Shown in pieces: positions 19,923 through 30,105 of a stretch of DNA of 64,000 nucleotides. The notes below the pieces were generated by a model that was given only the letters and a program-made list of their open reading frames with translations, was not told where the DNA came from and searched no databases. The number at the start of each line of letters is the position of its first letter. Position 1 is the first letter of the stretch. Position numbers and translations under genes: made by a program. This DNA comes from an uncultured Gammaproteobacteria bacterium (GTDB taxonomy: Bacteria > Pseudomonadota > Gammaproteobacteria > GCA-002705445 > GCA-002716945). Location: assembly GCA_913045115.1 (NCBI GenBank), contig CAJWPJ010000001.1, forward strand, positions 7,415 to 71,414, written 5' to 3'.

Positions 19923-20564
19923 ATGTTTAATAGAAAACAAGAATTTATTGAGTTCACACTTCATGAAGAAATATTAAAGTTTGGGAACTTTACTTTAAAG
20001 TCAGGTAGAAAGAGCCCTTATTTTTTCAACACAGGCCTATGCAATAATGGGAGGCTTTTAAATGATTTATCTAGCTTCTACTCAGATTATATTAGTACAA
20101 ATGGACTGAAATTTGATTTTATTTTTGGGCCTGCATACAAAGGAATAACCTTGTGCTCATCAATATGTCACAGCTTGTATAGAAATCACTCTATGAGTAA
20201 GCCTTTTGCTTTTAATAGGAAAGAGGTAAAAAACCACGGAGATATGGGAAAGTTTGTTGGTTGCCCAATACATGGTACATCTCTGATAGTTGACGATGTT
20301 ATATCATCGGGGTCATCAATTATTGAATCTATAGATATGATCCTTGAATCAAAAGCTCAATGTATCGATGTTTTAGTGGCTTTTGATAGGATGGAAATTG
20401 GAGAGAGTAGAGCTGCTTCTAAAGAATTAATAGAAAAATATAAAATCAATTTTCATAGTCTCATTACATTACATGATATTTCAATGTTTATAAAATCAAA
20501 GCAAGAGTATAAGCATCACGTTCAAGCAATGGATAGTTATATCCTTGAACATGGAGCTGACTAG
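19923..20564 (+). CDS. pyrE: orotate phosphoribosyltransferase
   Basis: QEFIEFTLHEEILKFGNFTLKSGRKSPYFFN aligns with the E. coli PyrE N-terminus. I prefer the start at MFNRKQ (19923) over the ORF opening at 19914. Confidence 0.9.
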   Translation: MFNRKQEFIEFTLHEEILKFGNFTLKSGRKSPYFFNTGLCNNGRLLNDLSSFYSDYISTNGLKFDFIFGPAYKGITLCSSICHSLYRNHSMSKPFAFNRKEVKNHGDMGKFVGCPIHGTSLIVDDVISSGSSIIESIDMILESKAQCIDVLVAFDRMEIGESRAASKELIEKYKINFHSLITLHDISMFIKSKQEYKHHVQAMDSYILEHGAD

Positions 20565-21289
20565 AATAATAGTTTATATGCAACTATCAATGTAACTAAT
20601 TGATAGGCTGTTCTTATCAGGACATTGGATTTTTTTATAGCTACCATAGCCCCTATATATCCTCCTGCAAATGAACCTAAAAGAAGTATCGGAAGTATTG
20701 AGATATCAATTGAAGATATAAGATATAGTACAATTGCACCAACTAAGTTATAGAAAAGACCAACAACCAACAATGTATACCCTATTGCCTCTTTGAATGT
20801 ATAACCATAGAGTTTCGTTAGCATTAGGGTGTATAGAAGACCTGTACCTGCTGATAAGGAACCATTTAAGAATCCAATAATAAATAGAGATAGAAATATA
20901 ACTAGTTTATTAGGTTGATTGTTATTTTTGTTGAAGTTCCTTGTAAATGATAAAAAAAAGACAAGTAGAATTAGTAAACCCAAAAATTTACGTGCCAGCT
21001 CCTCGTTGATAAAGCTTATTGAGTAAGCTCCAATGATGACAGCCGGTAAACCAATTATTATTCCTTCGCTTAAAAGTTTATGAGACGGCTTCCTACTCTC
21101 AAAGAACTTTAGTGTGGCACCGAGTCCTAATAAAACAGTAGATATTTTGTGTGTAGCCAAAGCTACCGGGAAAGAGATTTCAAATAGGAGGAGAACCGCC
21201 GGTAACTGTATTATTCCAGCACCGCCACCTGAAAAAGCTGAAAAAAGATTAGATAGAAAAGATATTACAAGAAGAAAGAGATATTCCAA
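20561..21289 (-). CDS. TSUP-family (TauE/SafE, DUF81) membrane transporter
   Basis: 242 aa with 7-8 TM segments and Gly-rich helices (SAFSGGGAGIIQLP) typical of TSUP. It is convergent with pyrE and overlaps it by 4 nt. Confidence 0.75.
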   Translation of the reverse strand: MEYLFLLVISFLSNLFSAFSGGGAGIIQLPAVLLLFEISFPVALATHKISTVLLGLGATLKFFESRKPSHKLLSEGIIIGLPAVIIGAYSISFINEELARKFLGLLILLVFFLSFTRNFNKNNNQPNKLVIFLSLFIIGFLNGSLSAGTGLLYTLMLTKLYGYTFKEAIGYTLLVVGLFYNLVGAIVLYLISSIDISILPILLLGSFAGGYIGAMVAIKKSNVLIRTAYQLVTLIVAYKLLF

Positions 21290-21292
21290 GAG

Positions 21293-22189
21293 CTAGGTTC
21301 TTCTTATCATTGTGCCTACACCTTCGTCGGTAAATAACTCAAGCAATAAAGCATGATCAATTGTCCCATCAATAATCTGTACGTTTTGAACGCCCGCAGA
21401 AACAGCCTCCAAAGCAGATTCCACCTTAGGCAGCATTCCTGATGAAATAATACCTTTTTTAATCAACTGCCTAACTTGCTCAGCATTCATTGACTTGATT
21501 AGGTTGCCATTATCATCAAAGATACCTGTCGTATTTGTTAGAACTACATACTTCCCAGCTTGTAGAATTTTTGCAATTTTGCCTGCAACAATATCAGCAT
21601 TAATGTTATACGTTTTAAAATCTTCCCCAATACCAATCGGAGCGATTACTGGTATAAAAGGAGTTGCATCTAAGAGATTTACTACACTAGGATCAATACT
21701 TGAAACCATTCCAGTATTTTTAAAATCAAAACTTTTATTCTTACCCTCGCCAACCATCTTTTTGGCTCTTATTAAACCACCATCCTTTCCGGATAAACCC
21801 ACAGCCCTTCCGCCGTGGCTAGTTATCAGATTTACAATCTCTTTATTTATTGAACCCCCTAACACCATCTCAATCATTTCTATTGATTTGTCATCAGTTA
21901 CTCTCATTCCATCTACAAACTCAGACTTGATGCCCATCTTTTCAAGGTAACTCGTAATTTGTGGTCCGCCGCCATGGATTATAACAGGGTGAAGCCCAAC
22001 TTGTTTTAGTAGAACAACATCTCTAGCAAAATTATTTTTTAACCTATTGTCAATCATTGCATTACCGCCAAACTTTATTACGATGACTTTATTTGCTAGC
22101 TTTTGAATATATGGCAACGCCTCAATTAGCACATTGGCTGTAGACGGAATATTTGCTGAGTTCTCTCTTAGTACTACTTTATCGTTCAT
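21293..22189 (-). CDS. argB: acetylglutamate kinase
   Basis: VIVIKFGGNAM, VIIHGGGPQI and the rest of the amino-acid kinase family signature. Confidence 0.9.
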   Translation of the reverse strand: MNDKVVLRENSANIPSTANVLIEALPYIQKLANKVIVIKFGGNAMIDNRLKNNFARDVVLLKQVGLHPVIIHGGGPQITSYLEKMGIKSEFVDGMRVTDDKSIEMIEMVLGGSINKEIVNLITSHGGRAVGLSGKDGGLIRAKKMVGEGKNKSFDFKNTGMVSSIDPSVVNLLDATPFIPVIAPIGIGEDFKTYNINADIVAGKIAKILQAGKYVVLTNTTGIFDDNGNLIKSMNAEQVRQLIKKGIISSGMLPKVESALEAVSAGVQNVQIIDGTIDHALLLELFTDEGVGTMIRRT

Positions 22190-22193
22190 AATT

Positions 22194-23585
22194 TTAGAAG
22201 GGTAAGTCTAACTTATTATTAATTTTAAGAATAGCACTTTTAATCTCATTTTTTATGCTTTTTAATCCATCTTCAGTCATAGACTCAAACCTCAGAGTAA
22301 TCTTAGGCGATGTATTCGATGCCCTAATTAAACCCCATGATGAATCATCTGATATTTTTATTCCATCTATCAAGGAAACATCATATCCATCAAAATTAGC
22401 TTCTTTGATAAATTCCTTCATAAAACTAAAATGGTGATCTCCACTAAATTCAATCTCTAATTCAGGTGTTGTATAAGTCTTCGGCAAAGTATCTAGAGCT
22501 GACAGGATCTCTTGTTCTTTAGAGAGTATCTCTAAAAATCTTAAGAAAACATAAATGCCATCGTCAAAGCCGTACCACTTATCATTAAAAAATATATGCC
22601 CACTCATTTCACCACCAAGCTTTGCATTTTCTTTTTTTATTGTCTGCTTTATGTATGAGTGACCTGTTCGCGACTCTATTGGTATACCTCCATCATCTAG
22701 AATGTTAATTTTCAAATTTCTCGTACATTTCACATCATAAACGATCTTAGCTTGTTTATTTCTCTTCAACACAGACTTTGAAAAAAGAATCATTAAGTCA
22801 TCAGGCCATAATACTGAACCATCATGTCTTATAATGACAGTCCTATCTCCATCTCCATCAAATGCAACTCCATAATCAGCATTCTCACTAATTACTGAAG
22901 TCTTTAATTTTTCTAGGTTTATTTCTTTTGTTGGATCCGGAGAACAATTAGGGAAGTTACCATCTACTTTTGCATTTATATATTTCGCATTTATATCAAA
23001 TGATTTTAATATTTTTTCAATAACTTCTGCTGTAACACCATTCATGCAGTCAACGATAATCTTTTTTTGTGTAGTAATTTTGGTATCTGTTTTTATTCTC
23101 TTAATGTAATCATCCACGATCATTTCATATTTTTTGGTTTGGCTATCGTCGCATGCAACTGAAGTAGAGTTTTTTTTAATCCAGTCATGCAATGCATATA
23201 TATCCTTATCAAATAGTGGTGACCCGTTTATTATCATTTTTATGCCGTTGTATTCTTTAGGATTATGGCTTCCCGTTACCATGAATCCATTTGGTATGAT
23301 TAAAGAATGAGTTGCAAAGTATAATAAAGGCGTAGGTATCATCCCACAATCAGTGACTTCTATTCCAGCTGTCTTAAGACCATTGATTAATGAAAACTTA
23401 ATACTTGGGCCACTTAATCTTCCATCCATCGCTACGACGGCTTTCTTAGTGTTTTGAATCTTATTACCTAAAGCTATACCAATTAAATATGCTGCTCTTT
23501 CGTCAAAATCATAAGGATAAATTCCACGTATATCATAGGCTCTAAAAATATTAAATTTAATACTACTTGCTTCCTGATGAGCCAA
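22194..23585 (-). CDS. algC: phosphomannomutase/phosphoglucomutase (AlgC/ManB)
   Basis: It has the active-site TGSHNP, the sugar-binding GEMSGH and FRAYDIRG near the N-terminus. The longest ORF reaches 23690 and would overlap dut by 128 nt. I prefer the TTG at 23585, which is 14 codons before FRAYDIRG and overlaps the dut stop by about 23 nt. Confidence 0.8.
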   Translation of the reverse strand: MAHQEASSIKFNIFRAYDIRGIYPYDFDERAAYLIGIALGNKIQNTKKAVVAMDGRLSGPSIKFSLINGLKTAGIEVTDCGMIPTPLLYFATHSLIIPNGFMVTGSHNPKEYNGIKMIINGSPLFDKDIYALHDWIKKNSTSVACDDSQTKKYEMIVDDYIKRIKTDTKITTQKKIIVDCMNGVTAEVIEKILKSFDINAKYINAKVDGNFPNCSPDPTKEINLEKLKTSVISENADYGVAFDGDGDRTVIIRHDGSVLWPDDLMILFSKSVLKRNKQAKIVYDVKCTRNLKINILDDGGIPIESRTGHSYIKQTIKKENAKLGGEMSGHIFFNDKWYGFDDGIYVFLRFLEILSKEQEILSALDTLPKTYTTPELEIEFSGDHHFSFMKEFIKEANFDGYDVSLIDGIKISDDSSWGLIRASNTSPKITLRFESMTEDGLKSIKNEIKSAILKINNKLDLPF

Positions 23586-24012
23586 AACCTTTGTCCCCCC
23601 TTTCAGTAATCTCAAACTCTTCAACAACCTCAAACTTTGGATGTTCCACCCTAATAAAAACCATCTGCGCAATTCTTTCGAGAGGATCAATGACTTGGTT
23701 TTCCTGACTTCTGTTCCAGCATGATATCATTAGTTCTCCTTGATAATCAGAGTCTATTAGACCAACTAAATTTCCAAGAACTATACCTTTTTTATGCCCT
23801 AAGCCTGACCTGGGCAGTAAAGCGGCCGCATAATTTTTATCTTCAATAAAGATTGACAAGCCTGTGGGTATAAGCACAGTTTCGTTCGGTTTAAGCAGAA
23901 TCTTTTTATCTATCGCTGCTCGGAGGTCTAAACCAGCCGACCCTTTCGTTGCATATGTAGGTAATGATTTTACTAGATTATTGACTAACTTAATTTGAAC
24001 TTTTTCTAGCAT
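23563..24012 (-). CDS. dut: dUTP diphosphatase
   Basis: 149 aa with the dUTPase motifs ([25 protein letters not shown]). Confidence 0.95.
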   Translation of the reverse strand: MLEKVQIKLVNNLVKSLPTYATKGSAGLDLRAAIDKKILLKPNETVLIPTGLSIFIEDKNYAAALLPRSGLGHKKGIVLGNLVGLIDSDYQGELMISCWNRSQENQVIDPLERIAQMVFIRVEHPKFEVVEEFEITERGDKGFGSSGSK

Positions 24013-25222
24013 TCTTTATTTTGATTAAGTTCTGCTTATAATTTTCTGTTATCTTATTGAGAATAATATCAGCCACTGCTTTCTTCGTTTGTTTTGGTAT
24101 CTTTAAAGTGTTTTCTTTATCGATTATCAAAACTTCATTCATATCAGATTCAAAGCCCAAACCTTTCTGATGGTTAGCCTCATTAGCAATGATCATGTCT
24201 ATATTTTTTCTTTTCAATTTGATTCTCGCATGAGTAGAAATATTATCAGTCTCAGCAGAAAATCCGATAGCATACAAAGATGGATTTTTTTCCTTTGCCA
24301 GTTTTAATATATCTTCACCTCTCTCTAGTCTAATCAATAAGTCCCCATCTGTACTTTTATGTTTTTTAGAGGAACTGTTCAAAGGCCTATAATCTGATAT
24401 TGCGGCTGCAGATATGAAGACATCATAATTACAAACTCTCTGTAGTACTTGTTGTAACATCTCAGAAGATGTCTCAATGTTTGTTAGTTTGATATTATCA
24501 GGAGGACTTAATCTAACAGGGCCACTTATTAATTCAACATCAGCGCCTAAAGATTTCGCTGACTCTGCTAACGCATAACCCATCTTACCTGAACTATAAT
24601 TGCTAATAAATCTAACAGGATCCAGTGGCTCTCGGGTCGGACCAGCTGACACCAATATTTTTACACCATCAAGATCATTTTTTTTGACCACATTACTTAA
24701 ACTTTCTAGTATTTGCTCTGGAGAACTCATCCGCCCGTAGCCTTCATCACCGCACGCATGCAAACCATAGTCTGGTCCAACGATTTTAAATTTAGATTCC
24801 GACATATTGTTAAGGTTCTTCTGAACTAATTCATTGTTCCACATGTCTGGATTCATAGCAGGGGCAAGTAGAATTGTTCCCTTAAATGCAAGACAAACGG
24901 TTGATAACAAATCATCAGATAAACCAGTGGTAATCTTATTAAATGAATTAGCTGTGCAAGGTGCAATTAACATCACATCAGCCCATTTAGCTAACTCTAG
25001 ATGTAAAAAGGATTGTTCGCTCTCATTTTCGTCAACAAGAACCTTGTTGTCTGAAATAGATTCCAGAGTTCTCTCGGTAATAAATGAGGTAGATGACTTA
25101 GTCATTATTACCTTGACTATCGCTCCTGCTTTTTTTAGTTTGCTTACAAGGTCTGCTGCTTTGTAAGCAGCTATGCTTCCAGTAATTCCAACAACAATAT
25201 TTTTATTATGTATGTTTTTCAC
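23990..25222 (-). CDS. coaBC: bifunctional phosphopantothenoylcysteine decarboxylase / phosphopantothenate-cysteine ligase
   Basis: 410 aa with an N-terminal flavoprotein domain ([10 protein letters not shown]) and a C-terminal CoaB domain. The dfp-dut order is conserved. Confidence 0.9.
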   Translation of the reverse strand: MKNIHNKNIVVGITGSIAAYKAADLVSKLKKAGAIVKVIMTKSSTSFITERTLESISDNKVLVDENESEQSFLHLELAKWADVMLIAPCTANSFNKITTGLSDDLLSTVCLAFKGTILLAPAMNPDMWNNELVQKNLNNMSESKFKIVGPDYGLHACGDEGYGRMSSPEQILESLSNVVKKNDLDGVKILVSAGPTREPLDPVRFISNYSSGKMGYALAESAKSLGADVELISGPVRLSPPDNIKLTNIETSSEMLQQVLQRVCNYDVFISAAAISDYRPLNSSSKKHKSTDGDLLIRLERGEDILKLAKEKNPSLYAIGFSAETDNISTHARIKLKRKNIDMIIANEANHQKGLGFESDMNEVLIIDKENTLKIPKQTKKAVADIILNKITENYKQNLIKIKNARKSSN

Positions 25223-26372
25223 AGATTACATTTTCTAGGGTATTCAAAAGATTATCAATATCTTTTTTAGTGTGAGTGGCTGTTAGCGTAATCCTAATTT
25301 TATCATTATTCTTTGGAACCGTTGGGTATCTTATAGCTTGTATCAAAATATTTTCTTTTAGAAACGTTTCTTTTACTTTTAGCGTAAGATGAGGATTTCC
25401 CAATAATACTGTCTTTATAGGCACTTGATTCAGGTTTACAGGGATTTTTTTTCTTTTACAAGAATTATTAAAATATGTGATATTTTCGTGTAGTTTTATA
25501 TAACGACTTTTATCAACTGCTAGGATATTCAAGCTCTTCCTTGTTGCATCAATCATACATCGTGGTAGTGATGTGGAATAGATATATGGCCTTCCTTTTT
25601 GAACTATCATCTCCACAAGGTCCTTGTTACCACAGATAAAGGCTCCAATTGTCCCGACTGCCTTACCAAAAGTACCCATGTAAGCATCAGCATCAGAAGG
25701 CTTCATTCCAAATATTCCGCATGATGTCTCTATTGATGTATTATCACCTGACTTTTCAGCAACCGCAAAACCATGGGCATCGTCAATATATAGCTTTGTT
25801 TTAAACTTCTTTTTTATAGTTAAATGATTTTTTAAGTCTGTAATATCGCCTGTCATACTGAAAACTGCTTCACTGAACAATATGTCATTATCTTTCGATA
25901 TATGTTTTATTATTTGTGAATCGTCCAGATGAGGATATCTATGAATCTTAATTTTGTTTAATTTAGATGATTCAACAATTGAATTATGTGATTCTTTGTC
26001 TTGAATGACATTAACTTCTTTGTCAAAAATGCTCAATAGACAGAGGTTCGCCATATAGCCACTGTTTACTATGATACAACTTTCTGTATTCAAGTATTCA
26101 CAGATTTCTTTTTCAAGGTAGTGATGAGACTCAGTATATCCTGATATTAGTGGAGAAGAGCCAGATCCAATTCCATATTCACTTGCAGATTTCTTGAGCG
26201 CACTGATTATATCCTTGTTCGTAGACATACCTAAGTAGTCATTACTACTAAAAGAAGTTACAAGCCTATCTTGTATTTTTATATGAGAGGAGGAAGTAAG
26301 ACTTATTCTGTCCCTTTCTCTTAAGTAACCTTCAGATTTTATTAATTTAAGTTGATCTTTAAATGTTGCCAA
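25206..26372 (-). CDS. bioF: 8-amino-7-oxononanoate synthase
   Basis: It is an alpha-oxoamine synthase (PLP-binding Lys region TFGKAVG, HG near the active site). I assign BioF rather than Kbl because it is adjacent to and downstream of bioB. Confidence 0.8.
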   Translation of the reverse strand: MATFKDQLKLIKSEGYLRERDRISLTSSSHIKIQDRLVTSFSSNDYLGMSTNKDIISALKKSASEYGIGSGSSPLISGYTESHHYLEKEICEYLNTESCIIVNSGYMANLCLLSIFDKEVNVIQDKESHNSIVESSKLNKIKIHRYPHLDDSQIIKHISKDNDILFSEAVFSMTGDITDLKNHLTIKKKFKTKLYIDDAHGFAVAEKSGDNTSIETSCGIFGMKPSDADAYMGTFGKAVGTIGAFICGNKDLVEMIVQKGRPYIYSTSLPRCMIDATRKSLNILAVDKSRYIKLHENITYFNNSCKRKKIPVNLNQVPIKTVLLGNPHLTLKVKETFLKENILIQAIRYPTVPKNNDKIRITLTATHTKKDIDNLLNTLENVICEKHT

Positions 26373-26374
26373 AA

Positions 26375-27319
26375 TTACATAGTTTCGATTCTAAGTTTAT
26401 CTAACAGGCTTTTGTCATGATTAATAGATGAATTCTTTGTTGTTAAAAGCTCATCCCCATAAAATATTGAGTTTGCTCCAGCAAAAAAACATAATGCTTG
26501 CATTTCATCATTCATGGTGTCTCTTCCAGCAGACAGTCTTACATAAGTTTTAGGCATAGTTATCCGCGCAATAGCAATTACTCTTATGAAATCAAAGTTA
26601 TCAACATTCTCATTGTCAGAGTAAGGGGTGCCCTCAATTTTTACCAGTTTATTCATGGGAACAGATTCTGGTTGCTCTTCCATATTACAGAGCACCTCAA
26701 TAAGTTTTAATCTGTCAATATTTTCTTCACCTAAACCAAGAATGCCACCTGTGCATACTTTGATCCCAGCATCTCTAACATAACTTAGTGTATTTAACCT
26801 ATCTTTGTAAGTTCTCGTTGATACAACTTTACTGTAGTATTCCTCAGAGCTATCCAGGTTATGATTATAGTAATCTAATCCACACTCTTTGAGTGACTCG
26901 GCTTGCTCCTTCTTGAGCATCCCCAAAGTTAAACATGTCTCAAGATCAAGATCCTTTACAGCTTTTACCATATCTTTTATTTTAGAGAGATTACTATCAT
27001 TTAGATTTCTCCAAGCAGCTCCCATACAAAACCTAGATGCTCCAGATTCTTTTGCAGCTTTAGCCTGCGCTACTACATCATCAACAGACAGTAATTTTTC
27101 AATTTCAACATCTGTATTATATTTGATACTTTGAGAACAATATTTACAGTCCTCGGGGCATCCGCCTGTTTTGATCGACATTAATGTAGATACTTGAATT
27201 TTGTTAGGATCATGGTTTTCACGATGAACGGTCTGTGCTTTGTAAATAAGATCATTAAAGGGTAGACGATATAGAGTCTCTATATCCTCAAGAGACCATT
27301 TAGTAATTTTTTTATTCAT
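26375..27319 (-). CDS. bioB: biotin synthase
   Basis: The radical-SAM motif [10 protein letters not shown] and typical BioF...BioB C-terminal Cys residues. Confidence 0.95.
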   Translation of the reverse strand: MNKKITKWSLEDIETLYRLPFNDLIYKAQTVHRENHDPNKIQVSTLMSIKTGGCPEDCKYCSQSIKYNTDVEIEKLLSVDDVVAQAKAAKESGASRFCMGAAWRNLNDSNLSKIKDMVKAVKDLDLETCLTLGMLKKEQAESLKECGLDYYNHNLDSSEEYYSKVVSTRTYKDRLNTLSYVRDAGIKVCTGGILGLGEENIDRLKLIEVLCNMEEQPESVPMNKLVKIEGTPYSDNENVDNFDFIRVIAIARITMPKTYVRLSAGRDTMNDEMQALCFFAGANSIFYGDELLTTKNSSINHDKSLLDKLRIETM

Positions 27320-28169
27320 ATAGATAGCTTAATAGTAGTCCAAAAAAGATTATTAATCCAAAAATATTATTATTTTCAAATGCTGATATACATTGGTATG
27401 GCAGTCTTTTTGAAACTAATATTTTTTGGTAGATAGATATAAGTAAAGCCAACATAAGTGAGAAATAAAATATCAGACCAAGTCCATTTATTATGCCAAC
27501 GACAACTAGTATGAGAAGAGTCACAACGTGAAAGTAAAATGGGTAAGCTATATCTTTCTCTCCAAATAATATAGCCGATGATTTATTTCCTATTTTAATA
27601 TCATCACTTTTATCAGCAATAGCATAGTATGTGTCATATGCTATGGCCCATGTTATTGTAGCTAAGTAGACCAACAAACAAGAAAAACTCGTTTCACCTG
27701 TTTCAACAATGTATACCATAGGTATGCTTGAGCCAAATGCTATACCTAATACTAATTGTGGAATCTTAATATATCTTTTAGAAATAGGATAAATTACTAA
27801 TAGACAGAACGCCGCTAGAGCATAAACAAATATGTCCAACCCTATCAGCATCAATAGCAGTATACAAAGTGAAATTAATCCCATGAATAAGATTATTGCC
27901 TCATGAGAAGTAACTTGTCCGGATGCCAACATCCTGTCTTTTGTTCTGTCCACTTTAGCATCTAAATCTCTATCAAAATAATCATTGATTACACATCCTG
28001 CTGACCGAGTTAATACAACTCCTATCAAAAATAAGAATAAATAGATAACGTTTGGTGAGCCTTCTGATGATACAAGGAAGGCCCAAAGCATGGGCCACAT
28101 CAATAGATAAATACCTATTGGCTTATTAAGCCTCATCAGGTGGTAGTAATTATTTAGTCTTTGCAACAC
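27312..28169 (-). CDS. ubiA: 4-hydroxybenzoate polyprenyltransferase
   Basis: 285 aa with the UbiA N-terminus [19 protein letters not shown] and the Asp-rich motif NDYFDRDLD. Confidence 0.9.
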   Translation of the reverse strand: MLQRLNNYYHLMRLNKPIGIYLLMWPMLWAFLVSSEGSPNVIYLFLFLIGVVLTRSAGCVINDYFDRDLDAKVDRTKDRMLASGQVTSHEAIILFMGLISLCILLLMLIGLDIFVYALAAFCLLVIYPISKRYIKIPQLVLGIAFGSSIPMVYIVETGETSFSCLLVYLATITWAIAYDTYYAIADKSDDIKIGNKSSAILFGEKDIAYPFYFHVVTLLILVVVGIINGLGLIFYFSLMLALLISIYQKILVSKRLPYQCISAFENNNIFGLIIFFGLLLSYLYE

Positions 28170-28172
28170 AGA

Positions 28173-28721
28173 TTATATTTTGCCATCCAGTCCCATTTGA
28201 TAATATTTGTGTACGATATTATCCTGGTTCTCTAATAACCAATCTATAGACGGCTCATTATTCATTGCTTTTTTTATTGCTTGATGGGTAGCTTTTCTGT
28301 GTATATCAAATAGTATTTTGTGATCTAGAGAATCATCTTTTGACACACTTGGATTCAGCCATACCGAAACAATAATCCCCAAATCATTAGCCTTATTTTT
28401 ATCAATAGTTCCATCTCTCACCGAATCAAGAACTCCATTTGCGATAGCACCTTGCACAGTGCCCATAAGAATATTCGTATATCTGGTGTTATCCACCGTT
28501 ACCTTGCTTATCATCAATGTAGCAGGTTTTACCATTATATCTGTATTCATTATTGCAAGAACTTTAGAGTGACCTTTTGCTTGATCACCGAGAAGTGTTG
28601 CAAAAGCAGTTCCAAATGGACCATCTAATTCACCGATAATTACTTCTGGTTCAGCGGCAGTTCCAGGAGGGCCTCCAGCAACAAGAGATTCTCCAACACG
28701 CATAGTAATTTTTTCTGACAT
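28173..28721 (-). CDS. fae: formaldehyde-activating enzyme family protein (Fae-like, 5,6,7,8-tetrahydromethanopterin hydro-lyase family)
   Basis: 182 aa. It aligns block by block with Methylobacterium Fae: VGESLV/VGEALV, IIGELDGP/IIGPRGSP, AKGHSKVLAIM/KHGFTSLLAVI, KPATLMISKVTV/KPNTLMFNKVTI, DLGIIVSVWL/DLYVLVGVFI and KATHQAIKKAMNNEP/EATKLSIQRAVNGEP. Confidence 0.75.
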   Translation of the reverse strand: MSEKITMRVGESLVAGGPPGTAAEPEVIIGELDGPFGTAFATLLGDQAKGHSKVLAIMNTDIMVKPATLMISKVTVDNTRYTNILMGTVQGAIANGVLDSVRDGTIDKNKANDLGIIVSVWLNPSVSKDDSLDHKILFDIHRKATHQAIKKAMNNEPSIDWLLENQDNIVHKYYQMGLDGKI

Positions 28722-28785
28722 TTTTACTCCTATTTTAATTTTCTGACTATGATATAGTTTTTACATAATTATTTAAACATACTTT

Positions 28786-29313
28786 ATGATTAGAAAATTT
28801 AAATCTTTTGAACCATCACTTGGTCTGCGTGTTTATGTTGATGAGCAAGCAACTGTTATTGGCGATGTAACCCTAGCCGATGATACCAGTGTATGGCCTC
28901 AAAGTGTTATTCGTGGTGATATTAACCCTATTACTATTGGCGCAAGAACAAACATCCAAGATGGGAGTGTTGTGCATGTAACCCACGCTAGTAATTATTC
29001 AGAAGGATATGGTTGTAATATTGGATCTGATGTGACTGTTGGCCATGGGTGTATAATCCATGCATGCACGATTCATGATAAATCATTAATTGGAATGGGC
29101 AGCGTTATACTTGATGGGGCAATAATCGAAACAAAAGTAATTGTCGGAGCCAAGTCATTAGTCCCATCTGGTAAAAAATTAGAATCCGGATTCTTATATA
29201 TGGGTTCTCCATGTAAACAAATTCGACCTTTGAAAGACTCTGAAGTTGAATTTTTGGAATATTCTGCAAATCATTATGTTCGTAACAAAGATGATTTCTT
29301 ACAGTCTCCTTAG
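28786..29313 (+). CDS. gamma-class carbonic anhydrase / hexapeptide-repeat (YrdA/PaaY-like) protein
   Basis: Left-handed beta-helix hexapeptide repeats with His ligands (VHVTHASN, GHGCIIHAC). Confidence 0.8.
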   Translation: MIRKFKSFEPSLGLRVYVDEQATVIGDVTLADDTSVWPQSVIRGDINPITIGARTNIQDGSVVHVTHASNYSEGYGCNIGSDVTVGHGCIIHACTIHDKSLIGMGSVILDGAIIETKVIVGAKSLVPSGKKLESGFLYMGSPCKQIRPLKDSEVEFLEYSANHYVRNKDDFLQSP

Positions 29314-30105
29314 TAATTTTTCAAGGCCATTTACATCTGGTAAAAGATTATTCCATATTTTAAAGGAATGCTTAGCTTGATGAACAAGCATGCCTAAACC
29401 ATCATAGTTTCTGTTTGATTTATTTATTTCAGCCCATTTCTGAAAACGAGTCTTCTCTTTATCATAAAATAAGTCATAACATACAGGCTTATTTTTAATT
29501 ATTTCGGTAGGCAAAACAATATCATCAACACCCATGCTGATGGGAGTAGTGTTTACGACGATATCATATTGATTTTTCTTGTCATGAATCGATAATTTAT
29601 CGGTATTAAATAAATCTAGTAATTTTATCGCATTGCTCTCCGTTCTATTGAGTATAGAAACTTCTGTAGCTGCTTCGTGTAATAATAACGAGCTAATAAT
29701 GCTCGCAGCTGATCCACCAGCTCCTATTATTAATACTTTAGAGTTTTCAAGAGTAATTTTTTTTTGCGAAAAATCATCTACAAGTCCTTGCCCGTCAGTG
29801 CTGTACCCCATAAGTTCCCCGGAATGACTCATGATTGTATTTACACTTTTGCACTCTATCGCAGATTGATCTAATCTATCACATAAGTTGTATGCTTGAC
29901 CTTTAAATGGAACTGTGACGTTCAGACCAATGCCTCCACTCTTAAAAAAATCATCAACATCACTCTGAAATGTATTTTTACTAGATTTTATTTTTGTGTA
30001 GCTAAAACCCTCAAGCTGCAGCTGACTCGCAAAAAAATGATGAATGTTCGGTGAAAGACTGTGACTGACAGGGTCGCCTATCACAGCAAATTTTAGTTCA
30101 TCCAT
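29299..30105 (-). CDS. aroE: shikimate dehydrogenase
   Basis: FAVIGDPVSHSLSP at the N-terminus and GAGGSAASI for NADP binding. Confidence 0.9.
   Translation of the reverse strand: MDELKFAVIGDPVSHSLSPNIHHFFASQLQLEGFSYTKIKSSKNTFQSDVDDFFKSGGIGLNVTVPFKGQAYNLCDRLDQSAIECKSVNTIMSHSGELMGYSTDGQGLVDDFSQKKITLENSKVLIIGAGGSAASIISSLLLHEAATEVSILNRTESNAIKLLDLFNTDKLSIHDKKNQYDIVVNTTPISMGVDDIVLPTEIIKNKPVCYDLFYDKEKTRFQKWAEINKSNRNYDGLGMLVHQAKHSFKIWNNLLPDVNGLEKLLRRL

Noticed and set aside
25206-26372. 2-amino-3-ketobutyrate CoA ligase (Kbl) as an alternative to BioF
   Set aside because: Both are alpha-oxoamine synthases. The gene is immediately downstream of and co-directional with bioB, and bioD is nearby, which favours BioF. 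This cannot be settled by sequence inspection alone.
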